This document shows positions 29,934-39,226 of a DNA stretch of 64,000 bases, one piece after another. This DNA is from Synergistales bacterium (GTDB lineage: Bacteria; Synergistota; Synergistia; Synergistales; JAFGMB01). The notes under the pieces are model-generated. The model was not told the origin of the DNA, did not search any database, and worked only from the letters and a program-made list of their open reading frames with translations. The translations under genes and the position numbers were made by a program. Within the stretch, counting starts at the first letter, position 1. Every line of letters begins with the position of its first letter. The stretch is taken from assembly GCA_963666205.1 (NCBI GenBank), contig OY762654.1:1248001-1312000 (forward strand), given 5' to 3'.

Positions 29934-31019
29934 TCATTTTTTCTCTTTTCCTATTTCTTCAGAAATATATTTCTCCATTGTTCCGAGTATTTCACGTCCG
30001 TTGGCAATGCCCATTTCTTCAGCTTCAATGATCCAGCTTTCTTTCAGATCATGCCATACACCAAGTTCAACCCATTTTCGGATATCTTCTTTCGAAGCCT
30101 CTGTAACGGTACATCCCCTGTCTTTCTGTGACAGAGCTATTCTTTCCCACTCAAGTGTATAAAGATCAGAGAATCTTTCGATAACTGACGTATTTGCTCT
30201 CAGAATTCCCTGCTGGATATCTGCCGGAAGACTGTTCCATTTCTTCAGATTAATGGTCACAAAAATAGGCATGGGAACCCATAATTCTCTGGCAGTAAAA
30301 ATATGCCTGGCGGGTTCATCAAGTTTAGTGGCATAAATACCGTCATAGTTTGTAAACACCCCGTCTATCGTCCCGGTTTGAAGGGCCATGTAGCAGTCAC
30401 TCCAGGGGACCGAAACCGGAGTAGCACCGCAAGCCTTCAACGCTTTGAGATAATTTGCGCTTGAAGCACGGACTCTCAGGCTGGAAAAATCTTCAACCTT
30501 TGTAAAGGGGCTGGTTGAACAGAGTGCCATGGGGAGCATGAATCTCATGAACAGAACCTTCTGATTCCACTTCTCCAACTCTTTGCTGAAATCGGGTATG
30601 GAATCGTAACAGTTTGTTATGGCTCTGCTCAGATTAGAGAACTTCGTAGGTCCCTCAGGAAAAAGGGCAAAAGCATTATGCATGAAAAGCTGTTTGGGGT
30701 AATAGGCAGGGAGTACATATCCCATATCCACCATTCCGTTTTTTACACCATTCAGGATTTCCTTACCCTTCAACAGAGAACCCTGCCAATATATTTCAAG
30801 GGTCACCCGGCCATCGGTATTTTTTTCAATTTCTTCTTTCATTATCTGTACAAAATTACCGCCCAGTCCGGCAGGAGGACCAGATTCCGCATATGTAAGA
30901 GTAATAACCTTTTCTGCAGAAGCAGAACTCACCGTCAATGGAAAGACAGAAATGAGGATCGTAAAGATAATGAATCCAGAAAAAAGAAGAACACTCTTTT
31001 TAGATCTTTCACTAAACAT
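29934..31019 (-). CDS. dctP: TRAP transporter substrate-binding protein
   Basis: Signal peptide, plus LRVR, GATPV.VP..D.Y.ALQTGTIDG and W.SLP.D.Q motifs. Confidence 0.9.
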   Translation of the reverse strand: MFSERSKKSVLLFSGFIIFTILISVFPLTVSSASAEKVITLTYAESGPPAGLGGNFVQIMKEEIEKNTDGRVTLEIYWQGSLLKGKEILNGVKNGMVDMGYVLPAYYPKQLFMHNAFALFPEGPTKFSNLSRAITNCYDSIPDFSKELEKWNQKVLFMRFMLPMALCSTSPFTKVEDFSSLRVRASSANYLKALKACGATPVSVPWSDCYMALQTGTIDGVFTNYDGIYATKLDEPARHIFTARELWVPMPIFVTINLKKWNSLPADIQQGILRANTSVIERFSDLYTLEWERIALSQKDRGCTVTEASKEDIRKWVELGVWHDLKESWIIEAEEMGIANGREILGTMEKYISEEIGKEKK

Positions 31020-31065
31020 GTTTCATCCCCCTTTACTGATTTTTTAGACTGTCTTGATTTTACAT

Positions 31066-32166
31066 TCAGAAAAGTTCAAGGTATTTCCTCTGCAGGGAAA
31101 CTCCAAGACCAGGTTTTTCCCCGACGATCACCTCACCATTGTCAACTTCAAGTGGTGGTTCAAGAAGATCTTCCTCATAGAGTGGGACTGCAATCTGGTC
31201 ATTGTCATGACACATACAGACCTGACTGGCCGCGAAATGGACATTAGCCATCGACCCAAGACCTGCTTCAATATTGCTCCCGGCAACAGCAGTCAGACCT
31301 GCTGCTTCTGCTATGGCTGCAGTCTGTACTGCCCTGTAAAGTCCTCCAACCTTGGCTACTTTTATATTTAGGATATCGGCAGCTTCCATATCCACGATCC
31401 TTATGGCATCATGAATGCTGGAACAGCTTTCATCTGCCATAACGGGAACATCTATCTTATCCCGCACATATTTCAGACCTTTAAGGTCCCATCTCCTGAC
31501 AGGCTGTTCAACATATTCAAGACCAAGATCACTTATATCCTCATAGAAGGCGAGAGCCTCACATGCCGTAAAAGCCTGGTTTGCGTCAATCCTGAGTTTG
31601 AATTCATATCCAAATTCTTCCCGCAGCTTGTGAAGAAGTATCTTTTCCCTTTCTGTATCAGTCCCAACTTTAACTTTCAGAGTTCCATAACCATTCTCGA
31701 ACATGGCTCTGGCATCTGCCAGTCCATCTTCGATAGTCTGTATTCCGAGTACCCATGCCTGGCGAACAGAGTTTCTGACTTTCCCTCCTAAAAGTGAACA
31801 TACAGGAACCTGAAGTAATTTACCTGCAGCATCGTAAATGGCCAGATCCAGAGCTGTCTTTGCACCGTGACATTCAGCTGCTGTCCTGTCCATTCTCCGG
31901 TGGATATCAGATACATCAAGAACACTTATACCCTTAAGCTGGTGTTTGAGGTTCTTCTCGATAACCTCCTGGTCCGTGTACGCTGTTTCTCCCATGAAAG
32001 CCAGAGAGGGGGAGGCCTCTCCATAACCCAGGATACCCTCATCAGTTTCAACTCTTACCAGAAGATGAGGTCTGGTATTTGCTGCATAAAGTGATATCTG
32101 CCATGTTTTCCTGAAAGGCATTTCAACAACAACTGTCTTTATTTCTTTAATTCTACCCTGTTCCAA
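31066..32166 (-). CDS. Enolase superfamily, MLE subgroup (dipeptide epimerase / N-acyl amino acid racemase-like)
   Basis: KVKVG, DANQ, EQP, DES and NIKVAK catalytic set, with a DND near the C-terminus. TTG start after AAGGAGG. Confidence 0.88.
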   Translation of the reverse strand: MEQGRIKEIKTVVVEMPFRKTWQISLYAANTRPHLLVRVETDEGILGYGEASPSLAFMGETAYTDQEVIEKNLKHQLKGISVLDVSDIHRRMDRTAAECHGAKTALDLAIYDAAGKLLQVPVCSLLGGKVRNSVRQAWVLGIQTIEDGLADARAMFENGYGTLKVKVGTDTEREKILLHKLREEFGYEFKLRIDANQAFTACEALAFYEDISDLGLEYVEQPVRRWDLKGLKYVRDKIDVPVMADESCSSIHDAIRIVDMEAADILNIKVAKVGGLYRAVQTAAIAEAAGLTAVAGSNIEAGLGSMANVHFAASQVCMCHDNDQIAVPLYEEDLLEPPLEVDNGEVIVGEKPGLGVSLQRKYLELF

Positions 32167-32189
32167 TATATCGCCCCCTCCTTGTTTCT

Positions 32190-32213
32190 TCACAGGAAAC
32201 ACGTTTCTTGTGA
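32190..32213. promoter_or_regulatory. Inverted repeat; candidate operator of the divergent IclR regulator
   Basis: TCACAGGAAAC-AC-GTTTCTTGTGA (10/11 arms) between the divergent genes. Confidence 0.5.
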
Positions 32214-32326
32214 GAATACAGTGACAATATATAAATATCATGTTAAATTTATTAAGTCAAGAAAAGAGGACTGAGTTTTATGATTTTTCTGAAAACATCC
32301 AGCCTGACTGAAGAAGAGGTATTCCC

Positions 32327-33112
32327 ATGAACAGCATAGAAAAGATCACATGGATACTTAAAAGACTGGGAGAACCTCCTTATGAAATGGGGCTCTCCAC
32401 TCTTTCGAAGGAAATGGGCTATGGAAGAAGCGGCATTTTCAAGATCCTTGCAGTTCTGATCAAAGAAAACTTTGTAAGCCAGGATCCTGAAACAAAAAGA
32501 TATTCCCTTGGCCCAGTACTCTTCCGGCTTGGAAACATTTACAAAACAGAAAAGAACCTTCTTGAAATAGCAGAACCTGTCATGAGAAATTTATTAAAGA
32601 TCTCAGGTGAATCTGTAGGGTTATGCATTAGAGAGGGAGACAATGCAGTTCTGGCTCATCAGGTTGTGAGCGATCAGCATTTACGTTTTGAAGGGAAAAT
32701 TGGCACCAGACTTGCACCTAATAGAGGTGCTCAGGGAAAGCTTATGGCAGCATATGAAACGGAAGAGAGGATTAGAGAGATCCTTTCCACAGCTACTTTT
32801 GAAAAAAGAACTCCCCGAACTCTGACCAGACCTGAGGAGCTTGCGCAGGAATACGAAAAAATAAGGTCACTGGGATACTCCATCAGTGATGAAGAAAGTT
32901 ATCCTGGAATCAGGGCAATCGCAGCTCCCATACGGAATCGCCACGGGGAAATATGGGCAAGTATAGCCATAGCAGGACCAACTGTAAGACTATCACTAGA
33001 AACACTTCAGGAACTTATCCCGCAAGTCCTGGATGCCGCTTCAAAAATATCAGAGGGATTCGGATACCATCAGAAAACCACCGAAACTCAGGTAGAAATA
33101 TCCGAACAGTGA
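32327..33112 (+). CDS. IclR family transcriptional regulator
   Basis: HTH with Y.LGP, plus GE.V.L, GKL..AY, GYS.SDEE and IAAPI motifs. Confidence 0.92.
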   Translation: MNSIEKITWILKRLGEPPYEMGLSTLSKEMGYGRSGIFKILAVLIKENFVSQDPETKRYSLGPVLFRLGNIYKTEKNLLEIAEPVMRNLLKISGESVGLCIREGDNAVLAHQVVSDQHLRFEGKIGTRLAPNRGAQGKLMAAYETEERIREILSTATFEKRTPRTLTRPEELAQEYEKIRSLGYSISDEESYPGIRAIAAPIRNRHGEIWASIAIAGPTVRLSLETLQELIPQVLDAASKISEGFGYHQKTTETQVEISEQ

Positions 33113-33157
33113 TTTAAAATATCAGTCAGCCTTTGCACAAAAACTGACCCGGCTCTT

Positions 33158-33577
33158 TCACGAAACCCATTCAAGTTCGCCTGAAAGAACACCCTCTCTG
33201 CACTCCGGACAGGGAATTTTCTCATCCTCTTCAGGAGGCTCAAGCAGAAGATCCTCGCAGCCGCACCGGGCACATTTCATTGGATTCTGTTCCAGGTATC
33301 CATCTATATCTTCGTCGGCATGAAGCCAGAGGTCAAAAGCACTCTCCCTTGGAATTTCATATTCTACAAGAACCACCTTTGAGACCTTTCCGCATCGGGG
33401 ACAGAACATGTTTGCATATAAACCGTCTATTCCATGTTCTGAAGCCTCTTCCGAGACAGGGCAGGGATGACCGTAATCCTGCATATCTCCCTGGGTATTC
33501 CTGAAGAACTCCCAGGGTCCGTCCGTCTTAGCATCAAAAGAACAGTTTTTACATTGAATTACAAAACATGCACCCAT
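33158..33577 (-). CDS. Cys-rich hypothetical protein (four CxxC, putative zinc ribbons)
   Basis: CKNC, CPRC, CARC and CPEC motifs. GGAGGT RBS. Confidence 0.75.
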   Translation of the reverse strand: MGACFVIQCKNCSFDAKTDGPWEFFRNTQGDMQDYGHPCPVSEEASEHGIDGLYANMFCPRCGKVSKVVLVEYEIPRESAFDLWLHADEDIDGYLEQNPMKCARCGCEDLLLEPPEEDEKIPCPECREGVLSGELEWVS

Positions 33578-33653
33578 AAATATACCTCCTCTGCACCCTG
33601 AAACATCGTTCTGAATTCCCTACCTGAGAAAATACCGCACCATACCTGCGGAA

Positions 33654-34724
33654 CTACATTTTTCCCCTTTTTTCTCCCATGTTCCAGATCCTCTCGGCAT
33701 GGTGACCTATTACCCAGAAGCTGACAGCAAGGGCTGCAAAGAAAACTGCCTTGTGCAGGCTACCCCAGAAGAACTCGAAAAAGCGGGTGTAAAGGTTGAT
33801 GAGGATAAAGGTAATCCCAAATCCCCGGGAAATACTGTCGTCATATTTAACTCCATGATAGATACATGCAAGGGCAGCCGCACCGAAGAGCAGGGACCAG
33901 TGGAAAAGCTCCGCATGACCGGCATGCCTCCATATATTCATATCGCCATAATTGCCGAAGATAGACATTATCCACAGGGCCATAAAAAGGAACAGGTATC
34001 CCATTACCCTTGTAGGAACAGCAAGGCAAGCCAGCCTGCCGTAAAGCCCTCTGTCCTCTTCTCCACCCATCTTTTCCATGATAAAACCTGCAAGGGTGAG
34101 AGCCAGTCCAAAGATCACGACGCGAAGGGGGAAATTCATTCCGAAATAATAAGCTCCCCAGCCGGAGATATAAGCGGTTTGGGCTCCAAACCATGCTCCA
34201 AGTGACATGAGAGAAAAAACCCATACCTGTCTGGAAGATGCTGCCCAACCGATAATGGCATAGATGAACGATGCCATCAGGAACAGAAGGGAAATGCGGT
34301 CACTGCCCTTACCGATGGCAATACCCAGAAAACCCACAGAAGCCGCTATGGAAAGAACACCCAGGAAAACTATTGCTTCGTTGCTGAATCGCTTATGGGG
34401 TTTGTTTCTTATTCTGCGAAACCCGAAGAAGAGAAAAAGAGAGGCAAGAAGAGCAAAGAACAGTGATTTGACAAGAGCAGGTGCCAACAATAGCTGAACC
34501 AGAAAATCCATCAGCAGTTTATCGGTTATAACAGCAGAAACAGAGATCACAATACTGATAACGGCAAGAAGAAATGCATAACCTGCCAGTTTTTTCCAGT
34601 CAAAGGGAATTACTGTGATAGATCCCGATAATCTCTCTGCTTCCTCAGAACTGATGATCCCATCCTTATTCCATTCAGATATGGCACTGCGAACTATTCT
34701 GGATTTTTTCCTGGTCAGTTTCAT
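33654..34724 (-). CDS. DUF2157-like membrane protein
   Basis: N-terminal W...GIIS.E.A..L motif followed by about 10 TM segments. Confidence 0.75.
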   Translation of the reverse strand: MKLTRKKSRIVRSAISEWNKDGIISSEEAERLSGSITVIPFDWKKLAGYAFLLAVISIVISVSAVITDKLLMDFLVQLLLAPALVKSLFFALLASLFLFFGFRRIRNKPHKRFSNEAIVFLGVLSIAASVGFLGIAIGKGSDRISLLFLMASFIYAIIGWAASSRQVWVFSLMSLGAWFGAQTAYISGWGAYYFGMNFPLRVVIFGLALTLAGFIMEKMGGEEDRGLYGRLACLAVPTRVMGYLFLFMALWIMSIFGNYGDMNIWRHAGHAELFHWSLLFGAAALACIYHGVKYDDSISRGFGITFILINLYTRFFEFFWGSLHKAVFFAALAVSFWVIGHHAERIWNMGEKRGKM

Positions 34725-34825
34725 TCTCGATTCCCTCCCCTATGACTTACTATTCAAGAGTATAGGGTATGTGTCTGAGCATGGCAAAGGTTTTGCCGGC
34801 GGATATTATCATTCATATCAGAAGG

Positions 34826-35086
34826 TTATCCTCCAGCCCTCATGAAGGCCATCTGAAAGGCTGAAATAAACCCCTCAGACCTGTTTTCATCAACAGAAAA
34901 GGTTATACAGGTACGGGGGAATTTCATAACTCCAATGGTAACAATGTCCTGTTCAGAGAGTTCCACTTCCCAGAAATAACCGGAGAAATGGTTCTCTCCA
35001 TCTCCTGTTTCTGCTATAGCACGAAAATATTCAACAAAATATTTTCGGTCTGTACCTCTCATTTCAAGGGTTTTTTTCGTTCTCAC
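34826..35086 (-). CDS. Small protein resembling DUF1952 (MoaD-related C-terminal domain)
   Basis: E.RG......EYF...W...L......IG...F....ITF...F...F.RAGG pattern recalled for this family. GTG start after GGAG. Confidence 0.6.
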   Translation of the reverse strand: MRTKKTLEMRGTDRKYFVEYFRAIAETGDGENHFSGYFWEVELSEQDIVTIGVMKFPRTCITFSVDENRSEGFISAFQMAFMRAGG

Positions 35087-35200
35087 TCTGCACCACTCCG
35101 CTCGAAAGATAATTCCTCTCGAATTACAGTATAATGCCGGTGATCTGTTATGCAATAACAAGAGGGAGGGATCTCTCCCTCCCTATCATTCATAAAGTTG

Positions 35201-36082
35201 TTATTCTTTAGGTTTAAGAGGTATCCGGATCTCGGTTTCCATTTCTTCCGGAGTTACTTTGTCCGGATCTTTAAGATAAACCTCTATGGACGGTCCGCTT
35301 TCCACTTCCCTGCCGCTCTGGGGTAGCCATTCTCCGTAGAACCACCTATAACAGTCGATGAGCTTGTCAAATCCGCCCTTGTGGACCATTACCGCATACT
35401 CGCCACTATCTATCTTCTGCTTTTGGATCCCATTGCCCGACACAAAAGAACTATCCACCGTTACACAGGCATCATATCGGATCTTACCTTCATCGGTAAC
35501 ATCGGGATCATCGTAACCGATCCCTATAGCAAGGCTTTCCGACCCACTCTTTTCCCTGACCTGCTGGTCGGAACAGAGTTTCTCCCATGCTCCACCTACA
35601 TTTTTATATGAGCCAATATGTCGGACGAAGGCCACTGTCATTTCTTCGAAGTGCTTTATGGAAACATCCATCATATCCCCTCCCTGTCTCTGGATCGTAA
35701 GTACATATTTCCTATGCCCTGGAGTATTAAGAGTACCTTTCCTGAAGGTTTCCCGAAAACACTGTGGAGGCATACCGAAAAGCTCCCGGAAGATGCGTGC
35801 AAAGGAAGCATGATTCTCGTATCCCGCATCGAAAGCTATATCCTGTATGGACCTTTCTGAATGCCGAAGCTGAAGCGCTGCCCGCTCAACTCGCAGGCGC
35901 CTGACATATTCCTTTACAGACTCCCCCACCATTCCACGGAATATGCGGTGGAAATGAAAGGGGGAAAAACAGGCAACTTCAGCCAGATCTTCCAGTGAAA
36001 TATCCTCATCAAGATGTTCCTGGATATAGATCTGAACATGTAATATTCTCTCTTCATAGTATTCCCGGGTTCCCATGCGCAT
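35201..36082 (-). CDS. AraC family regulator with GyrI-like effector domain
   Basis: FSPFHFHRIF, F.R.F...FG.PP, YDDP..T....RYDAC and G.YAV..H.G motifs. Confidence 0.93.
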   Translation of the reverse strand: MRMGTREYYEERILHVQIYIQEHLDEDISLEDLAEVACFSPFHFHRIFRGMVGESVKEYVRRLRVERAALQLRHSERSIQDIAFDAGYENHASFARIFRELFGMPPQCFRETFRKGTLNTPGHRKYVLTIQRQGGDMMDVSIKHFEEMTVAFVRHIGSYKNVGGAWEKLCSDQQVREKSGSESLAIGIGYDDPDVTDEGKIRYDACVTVDSSFVSGNGIQKQKIDSGEYAVMVHKGGFDKLIDCYRWFYGEWLPQSGREVESGPSIEVYLKDPDKVTPEEMETEIRIPLKPKE

Positions 36083-36127
36083 GGCCTCAACCTCCATTTA
36101 GCATGATACCGGAAAGAGGAAAAACCT

Positions 36128-36161
36128 GCTTTACCGTTTTTGCTGAAAATAAGATAAAAAA
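36128..36161. repeat. 34-bp direct repeat, left copy
   Basis: GCTTTACCGTTTTTGCTGAAAATAAGATAAAAAA; 32/34 identical to 39149-39182. Confidence 0.85.
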
Positions 36162-36227
36162 ATCGCTGAAACGTATCATTTATAACTACCTCCTTCTTTA
36201 TCTCTATCGTAAGCAGCTTCATGACGG

Positions 36228-36416
36228 TTACATGGTTCCCATGCTCTGACTGTAGATAAGGTTGTCTTCAGGAATGGGATATATGGAGGGTGATCTTTTC
36301 TCTTGGGAAGATAATCTTTTCAACTCTTCCATCTGATGGGAATAACATACCGGACCTATTCCTCTTGCAACGGATACGGGGTTACTCAACTCACGACCAC
36401 AGATCATGCACTTCAT
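36228..36416 (-). CDS. Small zinc-finger protein, DUF6011-like
   Basis: CxxCGR.L..P.S..RGIGPxC motif and strong AAGGAGG RBS. Confidence 0.8.
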   Translation of the reverse strand: MKCMICGRELSNPVSVARGIGPVCYSHQMEELKRLSSQEKRSPSIYPIPEDNLIYSQSMGTM

Positions 36417-36579
36417 GAATGATTCCTCCTTAAAAATATATTAAGAGAGACGGGACATGTAAGCCTCGCCTTTCACAGGAGGTATATAGAAAATAATTAT
36501 GCAGTGGCTAAAGTTCCTGGATCTCGTGAAATGAAGGCTTAATTTCCCACTTTAAGATTGAGCTGAGCATCTTGCCACT

Positions 36580-36610
36580 AAAAAGGGCTCCCCTTCCGGG
36601 AAGCCCTTTT
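36580..36610 (-). terminator. Intrinsic terminator after the surface protein gene
   Basis: AAAAGGGCT-CCC...GGG-AGCCCTTTT hairpin. Confidence 0.7.
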
Positions 36611-36643
36611 ATATAACCAGCAGATTCAGTAAATTGTTGCCTT

Positions 36644-38854
36644 CTATTTCTTAAGTAGTAATGCCAACGGTGTAATCAGCAACAGTGAGAAGGGCACCAG
36701 GGACATGGAGTTACATCCGCCGCCACTGCCTGATGTGGAAGTAGTTATATCATCATCGTCGTCATCATTGTCTCCGACTGGACTGGATCCGTACTCATAA
36801 GCTCCCATGTCGACCGCTCTCCCGTACACCCTGGCGTTTCCGTCCAGGTCAATTTCGGGAAGGGACGGCGCAAGGGAGTTTCCGTCATCTATTACAGGAG
36901 AGCCTGCCTGGAGATGGGAGTCAGCAGTGGAGACGAACATGGGATCAACATCCACATTTGAGTCTTCGTAGAGGTAGCTTTCTCCCCCTGAAAAGTCTGT
37001 GGACAGGACTGAGAAATCGTTGTCATAGACATAGAAGTAGTTCAGGTAGGAGTTGTCGTAGAGATAAATGTCATTGCCGTCGGATGCACTGTTGTTCCAG
37101 ATAATATTGTTGTAAAGGGAGTAAACGGTATTATCGTCACCGCAGTAAATATACATACCTCCTCCGTAATATCCTTCCTCAGAGACGGTATTTCCAGTGA
37201 CGGTGTTGTTCACTATATCAGCATATCTTACATATTCCGGGTAGAAATATGCTCCGCCACCTTCGTAGATAGAGGTGTTCCCTGCCACAAGGTTGTTTCT
37301 GAAGATGAAATCTCCGTAGTAAGGATAGATATAGACACCGCCACCGTTGTACCCACAGGAGTTGTTGGTGAAAGAGCAGTTTTCCACCGTCATATCGCCG
37401 TATTCACATTCAAGATATGCTCCGCCACCGTAATAGTCACTTGAAACAACATTCTGGTCAAAGGTGTTGTTACCTACGTAAAGATTGCCCTCATATACGT
37501 ATGTATACAGACCTCCTCCGTCTCCATATGAATCGTTACTGGAGAATTCATTTCCTGACACAAGACAGTGAGCACCACCATAGCTCAGATAAAGATATGC
37601 TCCACCACCATATCCATCAGTGGACCTGTTGTTCTGGAAAAGGGAATTGGTCAGGGTTATTGTTTCAGCAGCTCTATATCCGCCATCGGTGTAACACAAT
37701 CCTCCACCATCAGAATAAGATTCGTTTTCACGGAAGGAGCAGTTGTCTACAGTAAATGAGCTTCCGTCATCATATACATACAGATATGCCCCACCACCGT
37801 AAGAATCAGCTATATTCTGGTAGAAATCGTTGGATACCATGGTAAGCAGGTCTCCGTACTCCATTTCTAAGAAGGCGCCTCCTCCATCTGAACCACATGT
37901 ATTGCCACTGAAGGAATTATTGAAAAGGTATGCGTTGGTATTGTAATCACCGTCCAGGTAAAAGGCACCGCCGTCTGAATCGGAATGGTTGTTTTCGAAG
38001 GTGTTGTTCAGGCAGTTAACTGTATTTCCACAGTAAGGATTCAAGTAAAGAGCACCGCCATCACTTACAGCCGTGTTGCCATTAAAAAAGTTGTCGTCCA
38101 GTGTGATTGTCCCGGAGTAGTCCTGGTAGATATATAATGCTCCACCATAATATGAGGCGACATCGTTACTGGTGAAGGTGTTACCTATGACATCAATATC
38201 TCCCACGTAAGCTTCTACATAGGCTGCGCCTCCATATTGATCTGCAGAGTTTAATGTGAAAGTGTTACCCTGAAGTGTAATGTCGCCGGTTTCCGAGATA
38301 TATGCGTAAACGCCTCCGCCATAGTAATATGCATAATTTCCGTTGAAATCACAGTTAGTCAGGTCTATATTTCCGCTAGAGCTTATGTAAGCATAAAGCC
38401 CTCCTCCGTAATTATCGCCTACGTAATTATCCCTGAAGGAACATTCCACCACATTGATGTTGCCTGCATCAATATTTATGTATGCTCCTGCGCCATCATC
38501 GCTTAGATTTCCGTTCTGAACGGTGAGGTTCTGTAGTGTGATATCCGTCATATAATCAGAATTGATCTCTAATACTCGATCTGATCCACCACCATCAAGG
38601 ATAACCTCTCCAGTTCCCGTAATAGTGAGACTGCCTTCATCTGGCGAACCTGCCGAGTAAGTAAAGGTGACTCCTCCAGTAAGGTATGTACCTTCCGAAA
38701 GAGTTATAGTATCGTCCTCTCCATTTGATTCTGCAGTGGTAAGGGCCGTCCTAAGTCCGTCTGCATCCGTTACAGGAAACTCTGCCGCGTAGCTGCAAGT
38801 GCAAAAGGCCAAGACAAGCATGAGAATGCTCAACGTTAAGAATTTCTTCCTCAT
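36644..38854 (-). CDS. Large exported beta-helix (Pmp-like repeat) surface protein with choice-of-anchor-Q-like domain and Synerg-CTERM-type tail
   Basis: Signal peptide, about 17 repeats of F..N.....GG(G/A).Y, and D.DGN.R.....VDMGAYE. C-terminus: DDDDD linker, SGGGCN, hydrophobic stretch, KK. Confidence 0.88.
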   Translation of the reverse strand: MRKKFLTLSILMLVLAFCTCSYAAEFPVTDADGLRTALTTAESNGEDDTITLSEGTYLTGGVTFTYSAGSPDEGSLTITGTGEVILDGGGSDRVLEINSDYMTDITLQNLTVQNGNLSDDGAGAYINIDAGNINVVECSFRDNYVGDNYGGGLYAYISSSGNIDLTNCDFNGNYAYYYGGGVYAYISETGDITLQGNTFTLNSADQYGGAAYVEAYVGDIDVIGNTFTSNDVASYYGGALYIYQDYSGTITLDDNFFNGNTAVSDGGALYLNPYCGNTVNCLNNTFENNHSDSDGGAFYLDGDYNTNAYLFNNSFSGNTCGSDGGGAFLEMEYGDLLTMVSNDFYQNIADSYGGGAYLYVYDDGSSFTVDNCSFRENESYSDGGGLCYTDGGYRAAETITLTNSLFQNNRSTDGYGGGAYLYLSYGGAHCLVSGNEFSSNDSYGDGGGLYTYVYEGNLYVGNNTFDQNVVSSDYYGGGAYLECEYGDMTVENCSFTNNSCGYNGGGVYIYPYYGDFIFRNNLVAGNTSIYEGGGAYFYPEYVRYADIVNNTVTGNTVSEEGYYGGGMYIYCGDDNTVYSLYNNIIWNNSASDGNDIYLYDNSYLNYFYVYDNDFSVLSTDFSGGESYLYEDSNVDVDPMFVSTADSHLQAGSPVIDDGNSLAPSLPEIDLDGNARVYGRAVDMGAYEYGSSPVGDNDDDDDDITTSTSGSGGGCNSMSLVPFSLLLITPLALLLKK

Positions 38855-39148
38855 AATATATATTCCTCCCTTAAATGATTTGGAACTTTGCTTTGTATGG
38901 TCTTAAATTAAACTATAATTAAAATATAAAATATTCTTGAAACAAACCGTTTGTAAAAAAAACGTAAGGCAAAACAATTAGTTCTGGAATATACAGACTA
39001 CCCTTGAATACTTTACTGAAGATTAGGATTTATTATCAATATTTAAATTGCAATGTCAAGTTAATTCACGAACTGAAACATACACTCCACCCGTAAAATT
39101 ACTGACGGGTAATTCGGGATATTTCCCATCTCTTATGTCCAACAACTC

Positions 39149-39182
39149 GCTTTACCGTTTTTGCTGAAAAGGAGATAAAAAA
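39149..39182. repeat. 34-bp direct repeat, right copy
   Basis: GCTTTACCGTTTTTGCTGAAAAGGAGATAAAAAA; abuts the terminator at 39179-39204. Confidence 0.85.
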
Positions 39183-39204
39183 GGAGGCCCGAAGGCCTCC
39201 TTTT
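39179..39204 (-). terminator. Intrinsic terminator after the cyclodeaminase-family gene
   Basis: AAAAGGAGGCC-CGAA-GGCCTCCTTTT. Confidence 0.85.
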
Positions 39205-39226
39205 AATAAATATCCTACTTTTTAAC

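Noticed and set aside
37100-38520. Periodic CCACC/CCGCC/CCTCC pattern resembling a CRISPR or tandem DNA array
   Set aside because: Explained by GG(G/A) protein repeats of the surface protein. The units are not identical at DNA level.
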